Assembly: GCA_944372325.1 (NCBI GenBank)
Contig: CALVYR010000003.1
Span: 1-50,882, forward strand
Source of the DNA: an uncultured Clostridia bacterium
GTDB taxonomy: Bacteria > Bacillota > Clostridia > Christensenellales > UBA1242
Length of the DNA: 50,882 nt
Direction: 5' to 3'
This document shows, piece after piece, positions 1 through 9,338 of this stretch (position 1 is the first letter of the stretch; every line of letters begins with the position of its first letter). Both the position numbers and the translations under genes were made by a program. The notes under the pieces are model-generated. The model was not told the origin of the DNA. It did no database searches and saw only the letters and a list, made by a program, of their open reading frames with translations.

Positions 1-1755
1 ATTACAGTTTTAGGTGCGGGAAGTGGATATTCAAATTATGATCCTCTTAGTTGGACGCAAGATAGTGGTTATCCTTGTGCAAGCATTCAAACAGCAATAT
101 TTAAAGTCCAAGATGTTACAGGAGATGCTTACAATACTGGTATAGAAAAAACAAACATAGTAAACTTCAACATCAACAATTTAAGCCTAGAGGGTAATAC
201 TTCTACTGGAATATTATATGATAACTTCCCAACAGACCCAGAAACTGGCTTGCCAATTGTTCCAGATGACGAGGCGCAAGTTATTGCAGACCAAGGCTCA
301 TCCAGTGCTGGTTTTATGGGAAGAGGAGCTGTTAAGATAAACACAAACAATGTTATTGTATTAAAAACAAATATTGGCATTTATGTAACTGGTTCTTGTG
401 GTGGAATTACTACAAATTATACTATGCTTAACGATTCTTGGGCTAATGGTATATTTGGATGGAGAACAACAACCGTTACAATTGAAAATACTACAGTTCA
501 AAGTTCAGGTGGTGCTGCAATTAACTTTACAGATGCAACAGTAACCGACGCTTATAGTGAAGATTGGATGGATGTTACCTTAACAATTGGTGAAAATGTG
601 GTTATAGATAACTATGTTTCAGGAACAGAAGGGTATTTTATAGTAAACAATCTTTCAGCAGTTGTTCCAAAACTTAAAGGACAGTTAAACCCACAAATTC
701 AAAATTTAGGCAAAACTGTGTTAAAAAATGAAGTAATAGACGGTCAAGATTATTCTTTATTCAATTTTGTTATACAATTTGGAAAGGAGAAAAATAATTA
801 TTCTATAAATGACTATGTTATAAACAATATTGGCTCTGAAGACGGCTGGAGAGTTTATGTTCCAGGTATGTGGCTTGAAAGACAAGGTGAATATCTTGTA
901 AATGTGAATAATCCAAACGAAAGTTATTTAGTTGGAAATAATACAACTTACACAATAACCAATAAAACCGTAGATAGCCAAATCACAATTAATATGTTTA
1001 CTGGATACGATAACGATGAACCAGTTTATACCACATTAGAAAGAAAGAGCGGTTATTATAACAATGCTGTTACCACAGCTTTCAATGGTGTAGGGCTCGG
1101 TGGCGTAAGCAAAATATCTAATGTAGACGATGCACTATTACTTGCTGGCGTAGTTGGAGGCTATATAACAGATGAAAGTTTTGCAAATTATATTTTAGGG
1201 CTTTCAACTCCTCCACAACAAGAAACTACAGTTGCAACCCTACTTCACGGTGAAGATACTTTAATTAAAACAGCTGAAGGTTTAGGTTTAAATTTAGGCA
1301 TAACCTCAACTTTAGATAAAATTAAGGCTAAGATATCTGCACTTGGCGGTGGTAATTTACAAACAGGACTATCTAATTTCGCTGGACTAAGCGCAAATGA
1401 CCCAGAAGGTTTAGAGGGAGTTTCTCAATTAGTATATCTTTGTGATTATGATATTCTTTCTAATATCAAAGCTAATATTGCTAAATTTAATGAACTTGTA
1501 AACGACCCTATGTTTAGTTCATATCAAACACAAATTCAAAGCATTATTGCAGGATATGAATTGGTGCAAACAGGCGCTAGTTCAAATTCAACAGTAGTTA
1601 AAGCAACTGTGGCCATTACATGTAATAACGACTTAATTGATATTAAGGATTCCGATGGTACTACAAATTTAATAGAGGTAAAAATAAATAGTGCCCTTCT
1701 AGGTGAATTCTCAGGAATATTAATTTTTGCAGGGTTATTACCATATTCAGCATAA
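1..1755 (+). CDS. C-terminal part of a larger secreted or surface protein; probably a right-handed beta-helix repeat fold. It is 5'-truncated by the window edge.
   Basis: Frame 1 is open from nt 1, so the TTG at 250 in the ORF track is only an internal codon. The sequence is N/T/G-rich with short beta-strand repeats such as 'TIENTTVQSSGGAAINFTDATVTD'. A strong terminator follows the stop codon. Confidence 0.55.
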   Translation: MTVLGAGSGYSNYDPLSWTQDSGYPCASIQTAIFKVQDVTGDAYNTGIEKTNIVNFNINNLSLEGNTSTGILYDNFPTDPETGLPIVPDDEAQVIADQGSSSAGFMGRGAVKINTNNVIVLKTNIGIYVTGSCGGITTNYTMLNDSWANGIFGWRTTTVTIENTTVQSSGGAAINFTDATVTDAYSEDWMDVTLTIGENVVIDNYVSGTEGYFIVNNLSAVVPKLKGQLNPQIQNLGKTVLKNEVIDGQDYSLFNFVIQFGKEKNNYSINDYVINNIGSEDGWRVYVPGMWLERQGEYLVNVNNPNESYLVGNNTTYTITNKTVDSQITINMFTGYDNDEPVYTTLERKSGYYNNAVTTAFNGVGLGGVSKISNVDDALLLAGVVGGYITDESFANYILGLSTPPQQETTVATLLHGEDTLIKTAEGLGLNLGITSTLDKIKAKISALGGGNLQTGLSNFAGLSANDPEGLEGVSQLVYLCDYDILSNIKANIAKFNELVNDPMFSSYQTQIQSIIAGYELVQTGASSNSTVVKATVAITCNNDLIDIKDSDGTTNLIEVKINSALLGEFSGILIFAGLLPYSA

Positions 1756-1760
1756 TTAAA

Positions 1761-1785
1761 AAATCACGGCTAGCCCGTGATTTTT
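1761..1785 (+). terminator. Rho-independent terminator
   Basis: A 9-bp stem AAATCACGG/CCGTGATTT with a 5-nt loop is followed by a T-run, 6 nt after the stop codon at 1753-1755. Confidence 0.8.
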
Positions 1786-1823
1786 AATTGTAAATATTTT
1801 AACAATTATGCTAAAATAAAACC

Positions 1824-2504
1824 ATGGAAGAAAACATTCATGCAGAGCATAGAAAGAGGCTTACTGAGCTAATATATAAATCTGGCATAGAAAATGTCAG
1901 TGAGGTGCAAGCCTTAGAATTTATATTGTTTTTTGGAATACCTAGAGGAGATACAAATCCTCTTGCACATCGGCTGTTAAAAAAGTTTAAAAATATAGCG
2001 AATATCCTTAATGCCTCACTTGAAGATTTAACTTCTGTTCTTGGCATGGGCGAGCAGTGTGCAATGCGAATAAAAACCTTGCCAGCAATTTTTGAACTCT
2101 ATCAAAAAAGTGGTGTGGATAAAGATTTTTCCGACTTCGCTTCTTTAAGAAAATTTATATTTGATATTTTAAATAAAAAGAAAACGGAAGAATTTTTTGT
2201 TTTTGGGGTAAATTCCAAATTAAGATTTCTTGGCAGTAGAAAACTTGCGGTGGGCAGTTTGGATTGCGTAGTCTTTCCAAGGTTTGAAATTATAAATTTT
2301 ATAAATTCTACAAAGCCTAGTTTTTTAGTTTTTGCGCATAATCATCCAGATGGAGATAGTTCGCCATCAAAAGCGGATATCAATTCAACCACTGAATTAA
2401 AAAAGGTCTGTGATGCACTTGGGGCTAAATTTTTAGACCATTTTATAGTTGGAAGTAAAAGTATATTTAGTATAAATGAAGGACAAACTTATGAATTTAA
2501 TTAA
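1824..2504 (+). CDS. radC: RadC-family JAB/MPN-domain protein
   Basis: It carries the JAMM-type motif 'FAHNHPDGDSSPSKADINST', has an N-terminal helix-hairpin-helix-like region, and is 226 aa, typical of RadC. Confidence 0.85.
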   Translation: MEENIHAEHRKRLTELIYKSGIENVSEVQALEFILFFGIPRGDTNPLAHRLLKKFKNIANILNASLEDLTSVLGMGEQCAMRIKTLPAIFELYQKSGVDKDFSDFASLRKFIFDILNKKKTEEFFVFGVNSKLRFLGSRKLAVGSLDCVVFPRFEIINFINSTKPSFLVFAHNHPDGDSSPSKADINSTTELKKVCDALGAKFLDHFIVGSKSIFSINEGQTYEFN

Positions 2505-3201
2505 AGATAATTGGAACAACTCGGATGGCTCGCTGTTTCAAACTTATTTAAAAAGTTTGGCTAGGCCTGAAAAGGTTGAGTGGACAAGAAAGATTTTAAA
2601 CACAAAAATGCCACTTCTTGCAATTATGTCGCCAGAAATAAAGAAAATTTCTAAGGAAATTTCAAAGGGCAATTTTATGTCGTTTTTAGATCTTTGGCTA
2701 TGGGAATATTATGAAAATACAGCAATTTTGGGAACTCTAATTTCTAAAATAAAAGATTTTGAGGTGTATAGAAAATATATAGTAAAATACGCCGAACTTG
2801 TAGATAATTGGGCATCCTGTGATGTGCTTACATTTAATGTAAATACTAAAAATGAAACTAAATTTTTTAATTTGGCAAAAAATTTAATAAAAAGTGAAAA
2901 ACCATTTGTAAGACGCACAGGAATTGATATTTTCTTTAAATTTATTGAAAAAGATAACTTTTTAAATGAAATTTTTGATATTTTAAATGATTTTGAGGCA
3001 GAAAAGGAATATTATGTAAATATGTGCATAGCTTGGCTTGTGGCTGAGTGCTTTGTGAAAAGGCGTGAAAAAACACTTCAATTTTTAAAGACAAGTAAAT
3101 TAAATTCTTTTGCAATAAACAGAGCTATTCAAAAATGTAGAGACAGCTTTAGGGTAAGCAAGGAAGATAAAGAAATGCTTTTATCTTTTAAAAGAAATTA
3201 G
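2491..3201 (+). CDS. DNA alkylation repair-like HEAT-repeat protein (AlkD/DNA_alkylation family)
   Basis: Motifs 'DNWASCD', 'PFVRRTGI' and 'NMCIAWLVAE' resemble the DNA_alkylation family. I prefer the ATG at 2491 because a GAAGGA Shine-Dalgarno (SD) lies about 8 nt upstream; the ORF-track start at 2476 has no SD. The gene overlaps the radC stop. Confidence 0.6.
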   Translation: MNLIKDNWNNSDGSLFQTYLKSLARPEKVEWTRKILNTKMPLLAIMSPEIKKISKEISKGNFMSFLDLWLWEYYENTAILGTLISKIKDFEVYRKYIVKYAELVDNWASCDVLTFNVNTKNETKFFNLAKNLIKSEKPFVRRTGIDIFFKFIEKDNFLNEIFDILNDFEAEKEYYVNMCIAWLVAECFVKRREKTLQFLKTSKLNSFAINRAIQKCRDSFRVSKEDKEMLLSFKRN

Positions 3202-3242
3202 TTTTACTTGAAGTTTTTTTAAAATTGTGATAATCTTAAAAA

Positions 3243-4157
3243 GTGGAAATGTTAGACTTAATTTTAACTAGTGACTCCTATAAAAACTTTTGCAAACTAA
3301 TAGAGTTTGATAAGCTTTCTCATGCCTATCTTATAACAAGCCCAGATGAAGACTATAATCGCGAGTTTTGCAAACTTATTGCACTTAGGCTAAATTGTAA
3401 GGAGGTTTGTAAAACTTGTGAAAGTTGTGTAAAAATTTTAAATGATATACATCCAGATGTGCTCTCATTTCCTAAAAATAAAAGTTTTGTTGTTGATGAT
3501 GCAAAGAGCATTATAGAAGAACTAAATGTAATGCCAATGCTATCTAATATTAAAATTTTTATTATCAACAACTTCAATAAGTCCACAGTGCAGGCTCAGA
3601 ACAAACTTTTAAAAAGCATTGAGGAGCCACCTAAAAATGTTATATTTTTAATTAACGCCACAAGCCTTGAAAGCATTTTACCAACAATTCAGTCTAGAAC
3701 GCAAAAGTTTGAACTTTTACCATTAAACACAAATGTTTTAAAAGAATATTTTAATAATAATGGTGAAAATATAAATGAAAACGCTCTAATAGAGGGCGAG
3801 GGTTGGCCAGGAAAGACAATTAAATATAATCAAAATCAAAGTTTTATAAAAAATTGTGAATTTATTGAAAATTTATTAAAAGAGATGAAGTCTAGCAAAG
3901 ATGTTTTAAATTTTAGCTCAATTTTTTCTCAAAAAGATGGCTTTGAGGAGCGTTTAAATTTACTTGAAAATGCTTTTGATAAAATTTTAAATAATATTGC
4001 AAGCGGTGAGGAAAGCGCTTTTACTAAAGAAGCTGTTGCAATGATATTTGAAAAAATAAATCTTGCTAAAAAAGAATTTTTAGCAAACTGTAATTTAAAT
4101 TTAATATCAGACACATTACTTCTTGGAATTTTGGAGGTTAAATATATATGCAAGTAA
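3243..4157 (+). CDS. holB: DNA polymerase III delta-prime subunit
   Basis: It has 'SHAYLI', the zinc module 'CKTCESC', and the sensor motif 'PTIQSRTQKFEL'. It sits upstream of yaaT as in Bacillus. The start may instead be the ATG at 3249. Confidence 0.85.
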   Translation: MEMLDLILTSDSYKNFCKLIEFDKLSHAYLITSPDEDYNREFCKLIALRLNCKEVCKTCESCVKILNDIHPDVLSFPKNKSFVVDDAKSIIEELNVMPMLSNIKIFIINNFNKSTVQAQNKLLKSIEEPPKNVIFLINATSLESILPTIQSRTQKFELLPLNTNVLKEYFNNNGENINENALIEGEGWPGKTIKYNQNQSFIKNCEFIENLLKEMKSSKDVLNFSSIFSQKDGFEERLNLLENAFDKILNNIASGEESAFTKEAVAMIFEKINLAKKEFLANCNLNLISDTLLLGILEVKYICK

Positions 4158-4978
4158 AAGAGGTTGGAATTAATTTTGAAGGGCAACCTAAAATTTATAG
4201 TTTTGATCCAGCGGGTTTAAATTTGAAACTTGGCGATTTTGTCGTGGTGGAAACAGCGCGAGGGTTAGAACTAGGAAAGGTTGCAACTGAAGAAAAAAAT
4301 ATAGTTATCAAAGAGGGCAATGAACCTTTAAAAAAAGTAATAAGGCTAGCTACAGAGGAAGATAAAAAGAATAAGGAAGAAAATATCCTTGAGGCAAGAA
4401 AGGATAAAGCTAGAATAATTGAAATTATAAAAGATTTTAATCTTGAAATGAAGATTGTAAGCGTAGAACTTACATTAGATAGAAGTAAAATGCTTATAAG
4501 TTTCACTTCAGATAATCGTGTAGATTTCAGGGAACTTGTTAAAGCTTTAGCTGGTGAATTTAAAACCAGAATAGAACTTCGTCAAATTGGTCCAAGAGAT
4601 GAGGTTAAAATTTTAGGTGGGCTAGGGCCTTGTGGCAGACCTTGCTGTTGCACTAAAAATACAGGCGATTTTGAACATGTTTCTATAAAGATGGCAAAAA
4701 ACCAAGGCTTATCTTTAAACCCAAGCAATATAAGCGGGCTTTGTGGAAGGCTTATGTGTTGTTTAAGTTATGAAAATAAGCACTATGAGGAGGCTTTAAG
4801 GCTCATGCCAAAAGTGGGCTCTATTGTAAAAACTCCAGATGGCGATGGAACAGTGCTTTATAACAATCTCTTTAAGCGTACAGTAGAGGTTAAGTTTGAA
4901 GACGATAAAAAAGAATATGCAGTAAGCGAATTAAAGTTTGATAAAGCGCCAATATCACATTCAGATTTAGAAGATTAA
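4148..4978 (+). CDS. ricT: PSP1-domain regulator RicT/YaaT (stage 0 sporulation protein)
   Basis: Cys-rich PSP1 signatures 'GLGPCGRPCCC' and 'GLCGRLMCCLSYE' are present. A GGAGG SD lies upstream, and the gene overlaps the holB stop. Confidence 0.9.
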   Translation: MQVKEVGINFEGQPKIYSFDPAGLNLKLGDFVVVETARGLELGKVATEEKNIVIKEGNEPLKKVIRLATEEDKKNKEENILEARKDKARIIEIIKDFNLEMKIVSVELTLDRSKMLISFTSDNRVDFRELVKALAGEFKTRIELRQIGPRDEVKILGGLGPCGRPCCCTKNTGDFEHVSIKMAKNQGLSLNPSNISGLCGRLMCCLSYENKHYEEALRLMPKVGSIVKTPDGDGTVLYNNLFKRTVEVKFEDDKKEYAVSELKFDKAPISHSDLED

Positions 4979-5667
4979 TGGAAAGAATAGAAAAGTTAGA
5001 TTACGATTTACAAATATTTCAAGACAGCGAACTTTACACCTTTACAAGTGACGCTGTTTTACTTGCAAAATTTGTTAAATTAAAAAAAGGTGATGTTGTT
5101 GTTGATTTAGGAACGGGCAGTGGAATTATTGCACTATATCTAGCAAAAAAGGCGGATATTAAAAAAGTAATCGGGGTAGAAATTCAAACTGAACTTGCAA
5201 AAATGGCGGAAAAGAGCGTTAAATTAAATAAACTTGAAGATAAAATTGAAATTATAAATAAAAATATGAAAGAGGTAAAATTATCTGCCGATGTTGTTGT
5301 TGCAAACCCGCCATATAAAAAACTCACCTCTTTAAAAAACCAAAATTCTTCTAGAACGATAGCTCGCCATGAAGTTGAAATAAATTTAGATGAACTTTTA
5401 ACCACGGCAAGTAAAATGCTAAACACTGGCGGAAGATTTTATATATGTTACGATTCAAATAGGTTAGCTGAACTTATCTATAAATTAAAAGCGCACAAGT
5501 TAGAACCAAAAGCACTCTTTTTATCCTATCCAAACATCAATAAGGATGCAAGTATAGTGTTTATAGAGGCTATTAAAGATGGAAAAGAAGGTATTAAAAT
5601 TTTGCCACCAGTAATAACAAATGGCGATGACGGAAAATATATAGAAAATTTAATTGTTAGGAGGTAA
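4978..5667 (+). CDS. SAM-dependent N6-adenine methyltransferase, YabB/TrmN6-like (tRNA m6A37)
   Basis: It has SAM motif I 'VVDLGTGSGI' and motif IV 'VVANPPY'. Its ATG overlaps the preceding stop (TAATG). The position between yaaT and rsmI is conserved. Confidence 0.75.
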   Translation: MERIEKLDYDLQIFQDSELYTFTSDAVLLAKFVKLKKGDVVVDLGTGSGIIALYLAKKADIKKVIGVEIQTELAKMAEKSVKLNKLEDKIEIINKNMKEVKLSADVVVANPPYKKLTSLKNQNSSRTIARHEVEINLDELLTTASKMLNTGGRFYICYDSNRLAELIYKLKAHKLEPKALFLSYPNINKDASIVFIEAIKDGKEGIKILPPVITNGDDGKYIENLIVRR

Positions 5668-5670
5668 ACT

Positions 5671-6471
5671 TTGCTCTATTTTATTGCAACTCCAATTGGA
5701 AACTTAAAAGATATTTCCTTAAGAGCGCTTGAAACTTTAAAAGAAGTTGATGTAATAGCGTGTGAAGATACAAGGGTATCTATAAAACTTTTAAACCATT
5801 ATGAAATTAAAAAGCCACTTATAACCTATCATAAATTTAATGAACAAAACAGTGCTAAAGGCATAATAAATTTACTAAAGGAAGGTAAAAATGTGGCAGT
5901 GATATCAGATAGTGGAATGCCTTGCATATCAGACCCTGGTGAAACGCTTGCTAAACTTTTAGTGGAAGAAAATATAGAATTTACAGTTATACCGGGTGCA
6001 AATGCAGGTCTATCTGCCTTAATATTAAGTGGTTTTAATTCAAAGAGTTTTTCCTTTATTGGCTTTTTATCTGAAAATAAAAAAGAAAAAATAAAACAAA
6101 TAGAAAATATAAAAAATTTTCAAGGTAGTTTAATTTTTTATATTTCTCCGCACAATTTATTTAAAGATATAAGTTTTTTAAATGAAAATTTGGGAAATAG
6201 AAAAGCATGCTTAGTAAATGAAATTACTAAAAAGTTTGAAAAAAAATTCATATTTAATTTAAATTCTCCGCCTGAAATAGAGCCTAGAGGGGAATATGTT
6301 TTAGTAGTTGAAGGCGCGGAGGATAATAACGAAAATACACTAAATAGTTTAAATTTGGAAGAACATATTAACTATTATTTATCTCAAGGTTATAATAAAA
6401 ATGAGGCAATAAAAAAAGTGGGAAAGGATAGAAAAATAAAAAATCCTTATAAAAATATAAAAATTGATTAA
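5671..6471 (+). CDS. rsmI: 16S rRNA (cytidine1402-2'-O)-methyltransferase
   Basis: The N-terminus 'LYFIATPIGNLKDISLRALETLKEVDVIACEDTR' is the RsmI tetrapyrrole-methylase-fold signature. It uses a TTG start 6 nt after an AGGAGG SD. Confidence 0.9.
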   Translation: MLYFIATPIGNLKDISLRALETLKEVDVIACEDTRVSIKLLNHYEIKKPLITYHKFNEQNSAKGIINLLKEGKNVAVISDSGMPCISDPGETLAKLLVEENIEFTVIPGANAGLSALILSGFNSKSFSFIGFLSENKKEKIKQIENIKNFQGSLIFYISPHNLFKDISFLNENLGNRKACLVNEITKKFEKKFIFNLNSPPEIEPRGEYVLVVEGAEDNNENTLNSLNLEEHINYYLSQGYNKNEAIKKVGKDRKIKNPYKNIKID

Positions 6472-6480
6472 AAATAAATA

Positions 6481-6514
6481 AAAACCTATTAAAAATTAAT
6501 TTTTAATAGGTTTT
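6481..6514. terminator. Bidirectional rho-independent terminator between convergent rsmI and spmB
   Basis: A perfect 34-nt palindrome AAAACCTATTAAAAATT/AATTTTTAATAGGTTTT is flanked by an A-rich run on one side and a T-rich run on the other. Confidence 0.8.
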
Positions 6515-7006
6515 TTATAGAACTCTACACACAAGACAAGCAACTATAGTTCCGAAAATATTGCACACCAGCGCAAGTGGAATTGCATAGGAAAGCTTTT
6601 TTACTGAGGTTTGAGAAAAATACACCGTGGCAACATAGAAAAGTGTTTCACTAGTTCCCATAATAACAGAGGCGCATCTTCCAACATAGGTGTCTACTCC
6701 ATAAGTGGTGTATATATCTTTTAAAATTGCATAACTACCGCTTCCTGTAAAAGGCCGCAAGAGTACTAATTCGCTTACTTCTGTTGGAATGCCAAGAGCA
6801 TTAAAAATAGGAGCAAGTAAATCTATTAGCATGTCCGTTATTCCGCTTGCGCGCATTAGGGCTACCATTACCATGATTGCCACAATAAAAGGAAAGATGT
6901 CTAGCACTAAATTCACAGAGCCCTTTGCACCTTTTACAAACACATTATATGTTTCAACCTTTTTAAATCTGGCATAAAGCATAAGCGCAGCGATTAAAAC
7001 AGGCAT
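6515..7006 (-). CDS. spmB: Spore maturation protein B
   Basis: It is a polytopic membrane protein of the nucleoside-recognition/Gate type. It lies immediately downstream of its spmA-like partner with a 1-nt overlap. Confidence 0.8.
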   Translation of the reverse strand: MPVLIAALMLYARFKKVETYNVFVKGAKGSVNLVLDIFPFIVAIMVMVALMRASGITDMLIDLLAPIFNALGIPTEVSELVLLRPFTGSGSYAILKDIYTTYGVDTYVGRCASVIMGTSETLFYVATVYFSQTSVKKLSYAIPLALVCNIFGTIVACLVCRVL

Positions 7007-7596
7007 TATATAGTTGGAAATAACGATTTTTTCTTTCTCCTTTTAAATACTCTTTGAATTAGAAGAGTTAATGAAATACCAAAAATTGCAGTTATAAATG
7101 TTGCCACTAAGGTTGGTATCATTATATCTGTTGGGGATGCGCTTCCAGCTGCAGTTCTTAAACCGATAGTTGTTGTGGGAAGAAGTTGAATAGAGGTGGC
7201 GTTTACTACAAGTAGCATTATCATTGCTGGAGTTGCCCTTCCGCTTTTGTCGTCCATAAGTTTCATAGCTCTTATGCCACACGGGGTGGCAGCGTTTCCA
7301 ACACCTAATATGTTAGAAGACATATTCATAGCTATCATCTTTATAATTTCTGGGTCGTCTGTTTTGAAAAGAAAGCGAATAAGTGGGCTTAAAAGTTTGG
7401 CAAGTTTTTCGCTAAGTCCTGTTTTGTCAACAATTTCTAAAATTCCTAGCCAAATGGCATATACGGCTACAAGTTCTACACATAGGTTGATAACTCCCAT
7501 AGCGCTTTCTGTCATTTCTGTAACAAGAGCTGAGGGGTTATTGAATATAAGTAAAACTATAGAGGCAAGCATTAAAAGTGCCCAAATCTTATTCAT
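7006..7596 (-). CDS. spmA: Spore maturation protein A
   Basis: It is a polytopic membrane protein carrying 'NMSSNILGVGNAATP', typical of the SpmA/nucleoside-recognition domain. It is paired with spmB. Confidence 0.8.
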   Translation of the reverse strand: MNKIWALLMLASIVLLIFNNPSALVTEMTESAMGVINLCVELVAVYAIWLGILEIVDKTGLSEKLAKLLSPLIRFLFKTDDPEIIKMIAMNMSSNILGVGNAATPCGIRAMKLMDDKSGRATPAMIMLLVVNATSIQLLPTTTIGLRTAAGSASPTDIMIPTLVATFITAIFGISLTLLIQRVFKRRKKKSLFPTI

Positions 7597-7641
7597 AGTA
7601 AAATTTATATGATGTAAAATTTTATTTAATACTCAACTTAA

Positions 7642-7670
7642 TTGGCAAAATTTTAAAAATATGATATTAT
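7642..7670 (+). promoter_or_regulatory. Sigma-A-type promoter for tatD-rsmA
   Basis: TTGGCA, a 17-nt spacer, then TATTAT. A TG lies two nt upstream of the -10 element, about 20 nt upstream of the tatD SD (AGAGG). Confidence 0.5.
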
Positions 7671-7689
7671 CTTAAAGTTAGAGGTAAAT

Positions 7690-8463
7690 ATGTTTATAGA
7701 TACACATGCACATTTAAATGATGAAAAACTTCTTTCAGATGTTCAAGAAGTTATCTTTAGAGCAAAAGAATTTAATGTAGAAAGAATAGTAAACGCGGGT
7801 TACGATCTTGCATCCTCTCAAAAGGGAATAGAACTTGCGGATAAATATAAAGAGGTCTATGCCTGTATAGGAGTTCATCCAGAAAACGCTTCAAGTTTTG
7901 ATAACGCTGTAGAAAACTTTATTATGGAGAATGGTGAGCGTGAGAAGGTTGTTGCCATTGGAGAGATAGGGCTAGATTATCACTATGAGGGCTATGATAA
8001 AGAACTTCAAAAAAAGGTGTTTATAAGGCAACTTGAGCTTGCGGATGAACTAAACTTACCAGTAGTAATTCATAGCCGTGATGCAACAGGAGATATGTTA
8101 GAGATATTAAAGAACAATAAAAAGCTTTTAAAGCATGGTGGGTTAATGCATTGTTTTAATGGAAGTTTGCAAACTTTAAAGGAGGTTTTAAGTTTGAGGT
8201 TAAAGGTTTCATTTGGCGGAGCTATAACTTTTAAAAATTCTAAAAACGCGCCTATGCTTATATCCAATATCCCATTAGATTGCTTTACATTGGAAACTGA
8301 CTGCCCATATCTTTGCCCTGAGCCTTTTAGAGGTAAAATAAACGAGCCAAAAAATATACCATTAATTGCGCAAAAAATTGCAGATATTTTAAATATAAAT
8401 GTTTCAGAAATAGAAGAAATTTCTACTGAAAATGCAAAAAATTTATTTAAAAAATTAAAATAA
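7690..8463 (+). CDS. tatD: TatD-family metal-dependent DNase/hydrolase (YabD)
   Basis: Motifs 'FIDTHAHL', 'GEIGLDYH', 'VIHSRDA' and 'LETDCPYL' are present. Confidence 0.9.
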   Translation: MFIDTHAHLNDEKLLSDVQEVIFRAKEFNVERIVNAGYDLASSQKGIELADKYKEVYACIGVHPENASSFDNAVENFIMENGEREKVVAIGEIGLDYHYEGYDKELQKKVFIRQLELADELNLPVVIHSRDATGDMLEILKNNKKLLKHGGLMHCFNGSLQTLKEVLSLRLKVSFGGAITFKNSKNAPMLISNIPLDCFTLETDCPYLCPEPFRGKINEPKNIPLIAQKIADILNINVSEIEEISTENAKNLFKKLK

Positions 8464-8464
8464 T

Positions 8465-9250
8465 ATGGAAAAAATCAATTTTAAAAAGAAATATGGTCAA
8501 AATTTTTTATCAGATACAAATTTATTAAAAGCAATAGTATCTGATAGTTTAATTACGCCCGAGGATGAGGTTTTAGAAATAGGTGCTGGCGCAGGAGCAT
8601 TAACTCAAGAACTTGCAAAGAGTGCTAAAAAAGTTGTTTCTTTTGAGATAGATAAAAGCTTAGAAAATATATTATTTGAAAAATTAAATTCTTATAATAA
8701 TGTTGAATTAATTTTTTCAGATATTTTAAATATAAAAACTCAAGAAATTGATAATTTATTTCAAAATAATTATAAAATAGTAGCAAATTTACCATATTAT
8801 ATAACATCGCCTATAATATTTAAATTTTTGGAAGAATCTAAAAAACTAGACTCCATGACAATTATGGTTCAAAAGGAAGTGGCTGAAAAGATGCTTGCAA
8901 AACCTAGAACTTCTAGTTATGGCGTGCTAACAGTTATGGTAAATTATTATGCTGATGTAAAAATTACTAGAACTGTTAAAAAGCAGATGTTCACCCCTAT
9001 GCCTAAAGTAGATTCTGCTATAGTGTATTTAAAGTTAAAACAAAAACCTTTTGATAAGGAATTTAAAAGGTTTATTCAAACTGCATTTTCTATGCGTAGA
9101 AAAACACTATTAAATAATCTATTAAAGCTTTACAAAAAGGAAGATATTGAAAGTGTTTTTAATAAGTTAAACATTTCTTTAAACACAAGGGCAGAAGAAC
9201 TTAGCGTAACTGAATTTGAAACACTTTATAATTCTTTTCGACAAAAATAG
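8465..9250 (+). CDS. rsmA: 16S rRNA (adenine1518/1519-N6)-dimethyltransferase
   Basis: Motifs 'KKKYGQNFL', 'VLEIGAGAGALT' and 'VANLPYYITSPI' are present. The gene is translationally coupled to tatD. Confidence 0.9.
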   Translation: MEKINFKKKYGQNFLSDTNLLKAIVSDSLITPEDEVLEIGAGAGALTQELAKSAKKVVSFEIDKSLENILFEKLNSYNNVELIFSDILNIKTQEIDNLFQNNYKIVANLPYYITSPIIFKFLEESKKLDSMTIMVQKEVAEKMLAKPRTSSYGVLTVMVNYYADVKITRTVKKQMFTPMPKVDSAIVYLKLKQKPFDKEFKRFIQTAFSMRRKTLLNNLLKLYKKEDIESVFNKLNISLNTRAEELSVTEFETLYNSFRQK

Positions 9251-9294
9251 CCTGAAAATGCCTAATTTTTAATTCTTATCAATAACACGAAAGC

Positions 9295-9332
9295 CTCCTC
9301 TTTTCGTATAATAGTTAAGTAGAAAAGAGGAG
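9295..9332 (+). promoter_or_regulatory. Stem-loop that sequesters the Shine-Dalgarno of the 9339 ORF
   Basis: CTCCTCTTTTC (9295-9305) is perfectly complementary to GAAAAGAGGAG (9322-9332). The right arm is the SD of the ATG at 9339. The 16-nt loop contains TATAAT (9307-9312). Confidence 0.55.
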
Positions 9333-9338
9333 AAATTT

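Noticed and set aside
250-1755. The TTG at 250 as the start of a complete 501-aa protein, as listed in the ORF track.
   Set aside because: The same frame is open back to nt 1 with similar composition, and no SD precedes position 250. The gene is 5'-truncated by the window.
7196-7612. A 138-aa + strand ORF antisense to spmA.
   Set aside because: It lies entirely within the spmA coding region on the opposite strand. spmA has clear family motifs and this ORF has none.
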